64,000 nt of DNA, from the IMG/VR virus record IMGVR_UViG_3300011906_000001, positions 62,001 to 126,000 of that record. One strand, written 5' to 3'. Numbering within the stretch: the first letter of the stretch is position 1; the number at the start of each line of letters is the position of its first letter. The position numbers and the translations under genes were made by a program. The DNA is from an uncultured virus (IMG/VR IMGVR_UViG_3300011906_000001). Lineage: Duplodnaviria; Heunggongvirae; Uroviricota; Caudoviricetes. A model generated the notes under the pieces. The model worked only from the letters and a program-made list of their open reading frames with translations. It searched no databases and was not told the origin of the DNA. Shown in pieces: positions 51,096 to 61,026 of the stretch.

Positions 51096-51542
51096 ATGCT
51101 TGAATCCAGCCTGATGAGTGCTGATGTGAATCGATTAGCTCAAGCTAGGTTTTATTCAGGCTTGGTTAATTTTGAAGAAGCAGACAATGCGTGGTGGCAA
51201 CACCTGTATCAATTTGTCACTGACGGGTTTTTGAATCAGACCGCCCGTGGGTATGCTAATCCACCTACGCTTAAGAATGGGGTTGCGATATCAGCCTTAG
51301 CCATCCCTAAAATCCACATCAATGGGAAAGCCTATCCAACTCGGCTTGAATTGGCGCTTAAAGGCGATCATCGTTATCTTGAACTGACTGACGTATGGAT
51401 TGGCAATAACAAAAGTAAAGATATCCAAAAGAGTTATCAGATCGTATACCCAGACGATCCCGAATCTGAGATTACTCAATGGTTTTTCGAAATGGAACAA
51501 GAAACCCCTCATGGTGGGATTCATCATATTCGCATTTCATGA
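51096..51542 (+). CDS. hypothetical protein with MLESSL N-terminus
   Basis: AAGGAG RBS; N-terminus resembles those of the Kelch-array genes. Confidence 0.7.
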   Translation: MLESSLMSADVNRLAQARFYSGLVNFEEADNAWWQHLYQFVTDGFLNQTARGYANPPTLKNGVAISALAIPKIHINGKAYPTRLELALKGDHRYLELTDVWIGNNKSKDIQKSYQIVYPDDPESEITQWFFEMEQETPHGGIHHIRIS

Positions 51543-51620
51543 ACGCGTTATAATTGCCCTCCCTAATGGGAGGGCTTTATGCCGAATCATGTGATTTATA
51601 TTTTAATCTAAGGGAATTCA

Positions 51621-52166
51621 ATGCTAAGCAATCTCTGCCATCGGTTTGTGTTTAAACGCTTAATGAGAAAACCCACTTATGGGACATTCTTTGAAGCCAT
51701 CCATAAAGACTACCCCAATGAGACGGTCAGGGTCATAGTCCCAGGCTCAGGCGGTGGAGTCTACCAATATATTCGAATGAACCCGCATTGCCTTGAGGTC
51801 GAATTAAGAGGCAGTGGCTTATTTAAACCCTTAGCGCGTAACTCAGTCATGGAAGCTAACGCTCATCTATATACCACAATGACTGGACTGATTGAAACCC
51901 GCTTAAAAAGGCTCTATAATACTGCCAAAACTACAGGGTTATGTTATCCTGTCTATTGTGATCCTGATGATCATCTGTGGTATGTGACTCCCCACTCAAC
52001 CTTCAAAGCAGGTCAAAATTGGGGGATTACGTTATTGTGTCCCAGTTTGAAAAGACAGATCATTGTCGAACGATCCCATGGCCCTTTTGATTGGAACTTT
52101 TGTCACAATGGTGAGCTTATTAACCCTATTGAAAAGAGCCATTGGATAGCCCTTGATGGGGTTTAA
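51621..52166 (+). CDS. hypothetical protein
   Basis: 181 aa; AAGGG RBS. Confidence 0.65.
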   Translation: MLSNLCHRFVFKRLMRKPTYGTFFEAIHKDYPNETVRVIVPGSGGGVYQYIRMNPHCLEVELRGSGLFKPLARNSVMEANAHLYTTMTGLIETRLKRLYNTAKTTGLCYPVYCDPDDHLWYVTPHSTFKAGQNWGITLLCPSLKRQIIVERSHGPFDWNFCHNGELINPIEKSHWIALDGV

Positions 52167-52270
52167 CAGCAAAGGTTAAAAACTACCCGGCATCTTATGT
52201 CACTACTTCCTATCCACCGGCTTGTTGGGTTTAATCCATTGTAAAACAAGCGCCATTAAAGGCAACCGGT

Positions 52271-52747
52271 ATGAAATATCTTTTTTATGTATGGTGTTTT
52301 TTCCATCGTGCCAACTTGGATACGGCCAGGGGGGTGTGGTTTGTCTACCATGAACGACGAAAATCAGCTGGATTCAAACGCTATATAGGTGCCTCTATTT
52401 TAAGCGTTAATCCCTTTGCGCTATTGCTCATCAGTCCCATCTTTGATTTTCTAAAAGATGAAGGAGTGTATTATGTGCTGGAGCAACTGGGGTATCGGAA
52501 ACCCCCAGTTAAGCCGTTGAATGAATTGGGAATCTTTACCCGAGACTTTACCCGGAACATTGGACGCTATTACCTCAAAGGGGATGGCATTAATGCGTAT
52601 ATATCCATTGAAGACTTTGCCAATCTTCGAAAGCTGTATCTTCGAAATCTAATCCACGTCATCGAGCCTCAAGGCGATCCTGTGGTTGAAGATGACATTT
52701 GGAAGATGCTCGTTGAATTCCAGCACACCCCGGAATTGACCGTATGA
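52271..52747 (+). CDS. hypothetical protein
   Basis: 158 aa; ATGA overlap with the next gene. Confidence 0.65.
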   Translation: MKYLFYVWCFFHRANLDTARGVWFVYHERRKSAGFKRYIGASILSVNPFALLLISPIFDFLKDEGVYYVLEQLGYRKPPVKPLNELGIFTRDFTRNIGRYYLKGDGINAYISIEDFANLRKLYLRNLIHVIEPQGDPVVEDDIWKMLVEFQHTPELTV

Positions 52748-53184
52748 CAGGATTAACCACGCCTCGTGATTTGTTAAAAGCCGTTAATAAAGCTTATCCT
52801 GAATGGGATCATTTCATTCAGTTAGACGACGTCGTGTTTGATAAGCCTGAGCTGTATCTGCATAACCTGTGTAACTCACGCATTAAAATCAAAGCCAAAG
52901 ATACCTCCGTTCATTTTAAGAATGAAGGCGTTGTGTTTTACAACAGGTTAAGGCTTGACTACTATTTGAAGGATATCAGAATCCCTGGAAATAAAGGGGA
53001 TTATGCTAATACCCATCAGGTGGTCGATGCCTTAGTTGAAGCCTACGGCTTTGACTTTAGTTCAGATGAGTTCACCTTCGCTCAAGTGGATGTCAATGAG
53101 TCAACCGTATCGTTAAAGTCATTAGACTCAAGCATTGCATTTTTTACCAACTTTCCAGCCACTCTTTCATACATGGGATTTTAA
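52744..53184 (+). CDS. putative virion/baseplate adaptor protein (phiKZ-like)
   Basis: LL..VN..NSRIKI....YNRL.L pattern recalled from phiKZ-like virion proteins; heads the fibre array. Confidence 0.5.
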   Translation: MTGLTTPRDLLKAVNKAYPEWDHFIQLDDVVFDKPELYLHNLCNSRIKIKAKDTSVHFKNEGVVFYNRLRLDYYLKDIRIPGNKGDYANTHQVVDALVEAYGFDFSSDEFTFAQVDVNESTVSLKSLDSSIAFFTNFPATLSYMGF

Positions 53185-53193
53185 GGAGCGATC

Positions 53194-54222
53194 ATGGCTT
53201 TTAGAATTCAGCTAAAGCAAGGATCGAGCCTTCAAGCCCAAACCTATCTAGGGATGGAAGGGGAACTCTTCCTCGATACCCAAGCCAAGATACTCTACGC
53301 GCATGATGGTATCACTCCAGGTGGTCATGGGGTTGCCTTAAGTGAAGCGGAAGTGGTGAGGTTGTTTAACGATCAATTTATTCACCGCTTCACCCCTGAA
53401 TTGCGAGCAAAGCTAGAATCCATTCAAGCTCTGGCCACTAAAAACGCTGATGATGTTTTTCTGTTAGATCGAAAGAATCATCAGGGAACCCAGTCAGCTG
53501 AAACCCTTACCGGGTTAGGTAGTATGGCTTTTGTGGACACTCGGAATTTTCCGTTCACTAACCTCATGCCAGATTCGGGACGTTTTGCAGGACCTGTCAA
53601 TCCACTCATCAATGTATTGTCTACACCGTTTACTGCGGGAAGCTGGTTCACCCCCTACAACGGCGGATCAGCTAGTCTAGGGGGTAAATTCCTCACAGAC
53701 AATGGAAGCTTTGGGGGTTCGCGTGAACCACTTAATGCAGACACCCTCGATCTGATTGAAACCATGGGACGAGATGACATTGGATGGGGTCGGTTCGGGG
53801 TTGAGTTTTACATCCTTAAACTAACCATGGGTAATTCCCCGGTTAATTATCCAACCCCCGGTACAGATGAAGTGATTCGATGGCTAGCCAGTACCACTAA
53901 CATGCGGGCTATTTACGGGCAGGGTGTCTACATGACCTTTGTATGTTGGATGAAAGCTATCACGGGTTCGGCTATGTTTGGGTCGGCGTCCGAGCTCTAT
54001 TACGACGGGGTTGAAGTACCGATTCGAACACCCCTTCCAACTGGTTGGCATCATGTAAGACGCCATAGCTTTGTTCACGCAGGTTATGACAACGGCGCCC
54101 CTCAACTTTATTTGACGCCGGGTGCCTCTGTCCTCATTGCCCTTCCGGCGTTCTTTAACGGGTATTGTGATGTAGGGATTCACTACTCCCCTATCCCCGG
54201 TTTTAATGCGTCGATCGCATAA
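53194..54222 (+). CDS. tail fibre/receptor-binding paralog A1 (Mtd_N-like N-terminus)
   Basis: GELFLDT...LYAHDG.TPGG; ATKN..D..LLDR.NH.GTQ; NLMPDSGRF; ALPAFFNG. Confidence 0.75.
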   Translation: MAFRIQLKQGSSLQAQTYLGMEGELFLDTQAKILYAHDGITPGGHGVALSEAEVVRLFNDQFIHRFTPELRAKLESIQALATKNADDVFLLDRKNHQGTQSAETLTGLGSMAFVDTRNFPFTNLMPDSGRFAGPVNPLINVLSTPFTAGSWFTPYNGGSASLGGKFLTDNGSFGGSREPLNADTLDLIETMGRDDIGWGRFGVEFYILKLTMGNSPVNYPTPGTDEVIRWLASTTNMRAIYGQGVYMTFVCWMKAITGSAMFGSASELYYDGVEVPIRTPLPTGWHHVRRHSFVHAGYDNGAPQLYLTPGASVLIALPAFFNGYCDVGIHYSPIPGFNASIA

Positions 54223-54232
54223 GAGAAACACT

Positions 54233-55264
54233 ATGGCTTTTAGACTTCGTATTTTACGTGCCCGTGCTCCAGTGGCTAGTAGCTATATTGGGACGGACGG
54301 GCAGATCGTGCTTGATATTGACAATCAACAATTGTACCTCCATGATGGGGTGACTGTAGGGGGTACGCAATTAGGTCTCAGCAATACCCAAATTCAAGCA
54401 GTGATTCATAATGCGTTAGCCGAATATTCATTCACTGAAGACGAGGCGCTTAAGTTAAACAGTGTTGCTGACGGGGCTACAAAGAATGCGCCTGATGAAA
54501 TGTTGCTTAACCGCCAGAATCATACGGGGACGCAACCGGCCAACACCATTGAAGGATTGGCCACTGGCGCCTTTTCTGAAATCGGCAATTTCCCCTTTGT
54601 GAACCTGATGCCGGACAGTGGACGATTCGCAGGACGAATGAATCCATTATCATTAAATGTTAGCCCAACTTTTCAGTTCAGTCCGTTCCTGTACCCCTAT
54701 AATGGTGGAACAGTTGTTTCAGCAGGGCGCTTTATTCATAACAACACCAATGACGGTGGAACCGCTGGAACCTTGACCCAATCGGTGATCGATCTGCTGG
54801 ATGCCATAGGGCGTAGAGTCGGTACTGGGAATGCCCGGTATGGGGTTGAATACCATATTGCTCGGTTTACCGCCGGACAGTCAAAATCCGTTGAACGCAT
54901 CGGATTAGATGGTGTGACACACTATCTCCTCACAGTGAATGATGCACGCTGTCTGTTTGCAGCAGGACAGTGGGCAACGTTCAGTTGTTGGTTTCGTGTC
55001 GTCTCTGGATCGGTTATTATAGGTTCTGCCCACTGTTACGTGAATGACGTTCATGAGCCTTATAGAACGCCTCAAACACCCAGTGGGTGGAAGCGCTTAC
55101 GCAGTCATGCCCAATCGATGGGTGGTTACAATAACGAATGGCCAAGTCTCTTTGCAGTTCCAGGCAGTGTTATTGAAATCGCACTACCTGCTTTCTTTAA
55201 TGGTTACGTTGATCCAGGGCATTATATTTCGCCTATCGCGACGGTTAACGAATTGATGGTTTAA
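54233..55264 (+). CDS. tail fibre paralog B1
   Basis: Start MAFRLRILRA; same conserved blocks as A1. Confidence 0.75.
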   Translation: MAFRLRILRARAPVASSYIGTDGQIVLDIDNQQLYLHDGVTVGGTQLGLSNTQIQAVIHNALAEYSFTEDEALKLNSVADGATKNAPDEMLLNRQNHTGTQPANTIEGLATGAFSEIGNFPFVNLMPDSGRFAGRMNPLSLNVSPTFQFSPFLYPYNGGTVVSAGRFIHNNTNDGGTAGTLTQSVIDLLDAIGRRVGTGNARYGVEYHIARFTAGQSKSVERIGLDGVTHYLLTVNDARCLFAAGQWATFSCWFRVVSGSVIIGSAHCYVNDVHEPYRTPQTPSGWKRLRSHAQSMGGYNNEWPSLFAVPGSVIEIALPAFFNGYVDPGHYISPIATVNELMV

Positions 55265-55281
55265 GAGATAGTGAGTTATTT

Positions 55282-56298
55282 ATGGCTTTTAGAATTCAAA
55301 TAAAGCGAGGATCGAGCCTTCAAGCCCAGGCCTTTATGGGGGTTGAAGGGGAGTTGTTTATTGACTCCGAATTAAACCGGCTTTATGTGCATGACGGCAT
55401 TACTCAGGGAGGGCTTCGTGTAGGGCTTTCTGAAGCCGAAATTCTTGAGCTGATTAAAGCCATTGAAGAGCGAGCCTTCACTCCTGAGCTTCGTGCTAAG
55501 CTTTCCTCCATTGAAGCACAAGCGACCAAAAACGCCGATGATGCATTTTTGCTCAATCGACGGAACCACACGGGGAAGCAGGATGCCTCAACCTTAACAG
55601 GGTTGGGCTCAATGGCGTTTGTAGATACAAGGTCCTTTCCTTTTATCAACCTGATGCCTGATTCTGGTAGGTTCATGCCTCGCCAAAACCCACTTAGTCT
55701 TTTAGTGGGTGATTACACACCCACTACGTTCCTAGATCCTTGGGGACCTAATAGAGTTACTCAAGTCAGTGGGGGAAAGTTCATTAATGACAATACAACC
55801 TTTGGGGGTTCCCGAGGTGCATTGAATCAGGACGTGATTGAACTTTTAAATGTACAGGGGCGTACAGATAAACGCTATGGCGTTGAATTCAACATTAATA
55901 AATACACAATGAGTGATAACCCTACCGAAAATAATTACAATTCAAGTAATGGTAACGAAGCATGGCTTACAACCGTTTCTACACATAAAGCCATTTTTGG
56001 ACTAGGGGATTACACCACCTTTGTGTGTTGGATTAAAGTGTTAAAAGGGACAGCGTTCTTTAGAGGAAGCTGTTTTTTGGATGGAACCAAAGTTGAGGAT
56101 TATAGGGAGTTACCTAACGCTTGGGTTCATGTCCGAATACACAAAATAAACCCAAGAGGGTATGACAATGCTTTCCCGTTTTTATGTTTATCAGTGAAAG
56201 GTGAAGTTCTTATTGCTTTACCCGCATTCTTTCATGGTCGACATGATCCTGGAATTCATATCAACCCTATTTCAGGTTTTAATAAAAACATCACTTAA
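55282..56298 (+). CDS. tail fibre paralog A2
   Basis: MAFRIQIKRGSSLQAQ, nearly identical to the A1 start. Confidence 0.75.
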   Translation: MAFRIQIKRGSSLQAQAFMGVEGELFIDSELNRLYVHDGITQGGLRVGLSEAEILELIKAIEERAFTPELRAKLSSIEAQATKNADDAFLLNRRNHTGKQDASTLTGLGSMAFVDTRSFPFINLMPDSGRFMPRQNPLSLLVGDYTPTTFLDPWGPNRVTQVSGGKFINDNTTFGGSRGALNQDVIELLNVQGRTDKRYGVEFNINKYTMSDNPTENNYNSSNGNEAWLTTVSTHKAIFGLGDYTTFVCWIKVLKGTAFFRGSCFLDGTKVEDYRELPNAWVHVRIHKINPRGYDNAFPFLCLSVKGEVLIALPAFFHGRHDPGIHINPISGFNKNIT

Positions 56299-56317
56299 TC
56301 AATGAGGCTCGCATCCA

Positions 56318-57328
56318 ATGGGTTTTCGTTTAAGAATCCTAAGAGCCACTACCGAGGCAAATACCCAGTATGTGGGTGAGCCTGGGCAAATGGTCTTAGA
56401 CACGCAAACATACACCTTATACCTACATGACGGAGAAACGCCAGGTGGGCAATTAGTTGGGCTTAATTCTACTCAGGTTAAGGACCTTATTAATCAAGCT
56501 TTAAATGAATATCCGTTTAGCGATGATGAGAAAATCAAGTTACAAGGGATCGAAGACGGAGCTACGGTTAATAGCCCTGATCGTTTTCTACTTGATCGAG
56601 CCAATCATGAAGGGATTCAGTCAGCAGATTCCATTGATGGGTTAGCCTCGGGAGCCTTTAGCGAAGTCGCTAATTTTCCTTTTGTAAATCTCATGCCTGA
56701 TAGTGGACGATTTGGTGGACGGATAAATCCATTACAATATCAAGTCTACAATTATGTTCCTTCAGAATTTCTCAATCCCTACAATGGGAGTTCTGTTGTA
56801 AATGTCGGTCAGTTTATTTACAACAATTCAACCTACGGTGGGACAAAGGATGCATTAACAGCTTCCGTTGATAATTTGCTTAAAGCTCAAGGTCGTGGGA
56901 ACAATGCCCGTTATGGTGTCGAATTTTTTGTTGTTAAGTTTACTCAAGGGTCAGGTACCCAATCACGTAAGGCTGTTAATGGGGTAGATTGTTATCTCTT
57001 AACAACAAATACAAATCGGGTGCTCATTGGGGCTGGGAATCTGGCCACCTTTACCTGTTGGATAAATGTGACCAATGGGACTGTAGTACCCCTTAGTGAC
57101 TATCACCTCAATGGTGAACTCCAGGAGAGTGGAACCCCTATCCCTAAAGGTTGGCATCGGTTGAGAATTCATCATGAAAACCAATTGGGTTATGATAATG
57201 CGTTCCCTTATCTGTACGCATCCACAGGTGCTACATTAGAGATGGCGCTTCCGGCTTTCTTCAATGGTTATGTTGACCCTGGTAATTACACGTCTCCCAT
57301 CACTACGATCAATGAACTGATTAATTAA
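56318..57328 (+). CDS. tail fibre paralog B2
   Basis: MGFRLRILRA; GQMVLDT; same conserved blocks. Confidence 0.75.
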   Translation: MGFRLRILRATTEANTQYVGEPGQMVLDTQTYTLYLHDGETPGGQLVGLNSTQVKDLINQALNEYPFSDDEKIKLQGIEDGATVNSPDRFLLDRANHEGIQSADSIDGLASGAFSEVANFPFVNLMPDSGRFGGRINPLQYQVYNYVPSEFLNPYNGSSVVNVGQFIYNNSTYGGTKDALTASVDNLLKAQGRGNNARYGVEFFVVKFTQGSGTQSRKAVNGVDCYLLTTNTNRVLIGAGNLATFTCWINVTNGTVVPLSDYHLNGELQESGTPIPKGWHRLRIHHENQLGYDNAFPYLYASTGATLEMALPAFFNGYVDPGNYTSPITTINELIN

Positions 57329-57337
57329 GGGGGATGT

Positions 57338-58348
57338 ATGTCAGGTCGAATCCGTATCGCACATCGGGATGAAGCAACGGACTACATTGGGGTCGAAGGT
57401 GAATTAAGTGTAGATCTTGGGCAACAGATGCTATTCGTGCACGATGGACACACAGTAGGGGGTCATTCCGTTAGTTTGTCCGTTGATGAAGTTGAAGCGT
57501 TGATAACGGCCGCTTTTGAGATAACACGACTTCCTCAAGACGTTAAAGCTAAGTTGGAAGGTCTTGCTGAAGAAGCCAGTAAGAACCTCACGGATGCGTG
57601 GTTGCTTTCCCGTGAACACCATACCGGAACGCAATCGGCTGAAACTATCACGGGACTTAAGAGCCTGGCGTTCAGAACCCCAGGATTTCCTAGTGTAAAC
57701 CTCGATCCACATAGCGGACGGTTTGCCGGTAAGATCAATCCTTTTGCAGGACGGGTGACTAAGTTTGAGCCTTGTCCATTAATTGTACCCAGTAATGGCA
57801 CTGTTGTAACTGAAGTTGGTAAATTTATTTACGATAATAATAATTACGGGGGTGGCGCCGGCTGGATGCATCCCGAGTTTGAAGAGCTATTAAGTTCAAT
57901 GGGGATAACCGGCTATATCTCTCGATATGGTGTGGAGTATTACATCGCGAAGTATATGTTGGGTTCTGGACGATCGAGTGCTTCAGTAGGGACCGATGGA
58001 GTTACCCGATATCTGTTAGCGACAAGCGACTACCGTCTTTTGTTCGGAGTCAATAATCGTTCAACCTTTGTGGCGTGGCTTAAAGCGACTGGGGTGGGTT
58101 CGATCAGTATTGGGTGCGAGGCCTTTATTGATGGGCAACCATGGGAAGCCTATCGACCCCTTCCCAGCGGATGGCATCATGTACGGTACCATTTCCGTCG
58201 ATCCCGTGGATACGATAACGCCCTCCCACGGATCATGGTTGAAGCAGGTGGGGGTACGATGATTGCATTACCTGCCTTTTTCAATGGGGATGCAGACCCA
58301 GGTATCCATACACGGCCGTTGACCTCCATTAATGGGTTAAATGCTTAA
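57338..58348 (+). CDS. tail fibre paralog A3 (divergent)
   Basis: GVEGELSVD; NLDPHSGRF; ALPAFFNG. Confidence 0.75.
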   Translation: MSGRIRIAHRDEATDYIGVEGELSVDLGQQMLFVHDGHTVGGHSVSLSVDEVEALITAAFEITRLPQDVKAKLEGLAEEASKNLTDAWLLSREHHTGTQSAETITGLKSLAFRTPGFPSVNLDPHSGRFAGKINPFAGRVTKFEPCPLIVPSNGTVVTEVGKFIYDNNNYGGGAGWMHPEFEELLSSMGITGYISRYGVEYYIAKYMLGSGRSSASVGTDGVTRYLLATSDYRLLFGVNNRSTFVAWLKATGVGSISIGCEAFIDGQPWEAYRPLPSGWHHVRYHFRRSRGYDNALPRIMVEAGGGTMIALPAFFNGDADPGIHTRPLTSINGLNA

Positions 58349-58359
58349 GTGAGTTATTT

Positions 58360-59382
58360 ATGGCTTTTAAATTTAGAGTATTGAGAGCCGCCGCGCAGGT
58401 TGCTGAAAACTACATTGGTGCCAAAGGTCAGCTTCTTTTAGACACCACGTATTATCACCTCTATGTTCACGATGGCGTGACGCGTGGTGGTCACCGCCTC
58501 GGTATTTCCGCTGACATTGTGAATGCGATGATTGATACTGCATTGACTGATCTCAGGGTAGATATGAATGAGGCCGTGGCTAAACTCGATAAAATCGAAC
58601 CTGAAGCCACCAAGAACAGCTCCGACGCGTTCCTCCTAGACCGTGCAAACCACACAGGAACTCAAGGTGCTGACACTATTGTCGGGTTAGGTACCGGTGC
58701 CTTCTACGCCGCTGAGAACTTCCCCTTATTGAATTTGCTTCCTGACAGTGGACGTTTCGGTGGACGGGCAAACCCCTTGAGTTTGAAAGTCACTGGCGCT
58801 TTTGCTAATAATACTTTCTTAGACATTTACAATGGAGGAAGCTGCGTTAGCGCTGGGAAGTTCATTCACGACAACACCACGTATGGGGGGACTGAAGGAA
58901 CCCTTACGCCTTCGGTTATTTCGTTGGTCGAAGCCATGGGGTTGAAGGAAGAGGACGCCCGTTATGGCGTTGAATTCTACGTTGCTGAATATAAACAAGG
59001 TTCAGGCACTCAAGCTGGCTCGATCTTAACAGATGGTACCGATGTTTACCTTGTCACGGTAAACAATGGACGTCTTCTATTCGGGTTTGATAAGAGTTGT
59101 ACGTTTACCTGTTGGATACGGCGTATTTCAGGATCTGTTGGTATAGGGGCCGACCATTATCGAAATGAGGTGTTCACTGAGAAAGGAACACCATTAACCG
59201 ATAAATGGGTAAGGTTACGTTACAATCAATCACAATCACGCGGTTACGACAACGCCTATCCAAAAATCCATGCTACACACGGAGCGGTGTTTCAGATCGC
59301 GCTACCTGCCTTCTTCAACGGCGATGTAAATCCAGGGTTTTACACGTCACCGATTCCAACCTTTAATGAATTGAGTGCTTAA
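58360..59382 (+). CDS. tail fibre paralog B3
   Basis: MAFKFRVLRA; GQLLLDT; same conserved blocks. Confidence 0.75.
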   Translation: MAFKFRVLRAAAQVAENYIGAKGQLLLDTTYYHLYVHDGVTRGGHRLGISADIVNAMIDTALTDLRVDMNEAVAKLDKIEPEATKNSSDAFLLDRANHTGTQGADTIVGLGTGAFYAAENFPLLNLLPDSGRFGGRANPLSLKVTGAFANNTFLDIYNGGSCVSAGKFIHDNTTYGGTEGTLTPSVISLVEAMGLKEEDARYGVEFYVAEYKQGSGTQAGSILTDGTDVYLVTVNNGRLLFGFDKSCTFTCWIRRISGSVGIGADHYRNEVFTEKGTPLTDKWVRLRYNQSQSRGYDNAYPKIHATHGAVFQIALPAFFNGDVNPGFYTSPIPTFNELSA

Positions 59383-59383
59383 C

Positions 59384-59797
59384 ATGAATCGTTTGAAAGT
59401 ATTGCTAGATGGTCAATTTTTCACCTATACCGAATATGAACTGGGTTTACAGAGCCTGGCTGATTTCTCAGGAGTGGAGGTATCAAGGCTTTCGTTTGAT
59501 CCCGAAGACTTAGCTATTTATAAACGGGAAGTCTTCAAGCAAAAGCGGAAAGAGAATGTTAACCGTATTCAAGTGACCACCTCCAAGGGCAATACCTTTG
59601 ATGGCGATGAAACCAGCCAAGCCAGGATGGACCGTGCTATCCGGGTATTGCAATATAAAGGCGAGGGTTTTACAGCCACCTGGGTGTTAAGTGACAACCG
59701 TGTTATTCAGGTGGGTGCTGATGAGCTTGCTGAAGCTCTCTACCTTGCAGGGGAAGAACAGACTCGACTCTGGACCCCTTCTGAAGAAGACCTTTAA
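59384..59797 (+). CDS. tail fibre assembly/chaperone-like protein (DUF4376-like)
   Basis: GNTFDGDETSQARMDRAI...WVLSDN...ELAEAL; closes the fibre array. Confidence 0.7.
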   Translation: MNRLKVLLDGQFFTYTEYELGLQSLADFSGVEVSRLSFDPEDLAIYKREVFKQKRKENVNRIQVTTSKGNTFDGDETSQARMDRAIRVLQYKGEGFTATWVLSDNRVIQVGADELAEALYLAGEEQTRLWTPSEEDL

Positions 59798-59903
59798 CGC
59801 ATTTAGGGAATGGGCCTTACGCCCTTCCCTTATGCCGTCAATTAAATACACTCAGCTTCATTAGGCTATAGGACTCTGTTCATTCTCCCTTAAGGACTGT
59901 TTT

Positions 59904-60896
59904 ATGTCACGCGAAACACACCACTACCACATTGATCTGACCCTTAACCGCTTTTCACCTTTTGCACTTTCCAAAGAAGAGCGGGATGATTACACGCATG
60001 ATGTCTTGTGGGCGCTCTATGACAGTCCAGAGATGCTCTATTTGAAGCAATCTAAGGTTACCCTATGGGATGGCCTGGCTGATCAAGAAAAGGCGCTCTA
60101 CGGCGATTATACACCCATTCAGCGTATTTCGTTGTATGGCACTCCTGAGCTTGGAGCTGAGTTCTTTAACTATATCGGTGATTTCATCAAGACCGAACCC
60201 ACTGAAGACTGGGTTGAAGATAAAGAACCTGTAATCATCGAAGAAGTGGCAGATGAGCAATTTGTTCGAAAAGATGAAACCAAACGTTGGGTGCATCCTC
60301 AAATCAACGAGATTGGTCATGCTTGGCTTGATCTTAAAGGCTTAAAAGGGGCTGCTAAAGAAATCGTATTGGGTCCAATTAAATCAGGGTTTGAACCTAA
60401 TACACTCGAAGGTCTTAAGGCATTTACTAATGCAGACCTTGATGAAACCGTTATCGTCCAAAAACGTCTTCCTGCTACAATCTTGGATGGGTTTAAGCTG
60501 GAGCTGACCAAGCGGGACATCAAAGAAGAAACACTGTGTCAGATGTTGATTGATCTAAAGCTTGCCAAGACAATTGACGAGGCTAAACCCTTGCTTAAAC
60601 TCTTCAGGGATAAACTGCCTGAATATGAAATCGAAGCACGTGTTAATCTAGTAGAGCTGACTGATCCTAAGCTCTTTACCATGGCTTTGTTCCAAGCGAT
60701 GCTCATGACGCGCATTGCAGCGCATTCATTGAATCTGATCTGTGATGGGCTTTATATCGAGAGCCATCATGAGTTTGAAGGCAATCAATCCTTGCATTCA
60801 ATCTTTGAAGCTGAGGTGTACAGCACGCATCTCTTTATTCAAGGTGAAACCGTGCCGTTTCATCTGTATCAATTCAATCAATTTGAATTTATGTAA
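59904..60896 (+). CDS. hypothetical protein
   Basis: 330 aa; AAGGA RBS. Confidence 0.7.
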   Translation: MSRETHHYHIDLTLNRFSPFALSKEERDDYTHDVLWALYDSPEMLYLKQSKVTLWDGLADQEKALYGDYTPIQRISLYGTPELGAEFFNYIGDFIKTEPTEDWVEDKEPVIIEEVADEQFVRKDETKRWVHPQINEIGHAWLDLKGLKGAAKEIVLGPIKSGFEPNTLEGLKAFTNADLDETVIVQKRLPATILDGFKLELTKRDIKEETLCQMLIDLKLAKTIDEAKPLLKLFRDKLPEYEIEARVNLVELTDPKLFTMALFQAMLMTRIAAHSLNLICDGLYIESHHEFEGNQSLHSIFEAEVYSTHLFIQGETVPFHLYQFNQFEFM

Positions 60897-61026
60897 ATCG
60901 TCAACATATTCCCCTCCCTTAATTGGGAGGGGAATTGTCTATGTACAGGAGAGCCTCTATGGACCAGGATAAACAGCGTATCTTGATGCAGGTAGAACGG
61001 AAAAAGTTTGAGGCTGTGGAAATGCA

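Noticed and set aside
53194..59382. Diversity-generating retroelement acting on the Mtd-like genes
   Set aside because: No reverse transcriptase in the window and no near-identical TR/VR pair differing only at adenines; the paralogs diverge throughout.
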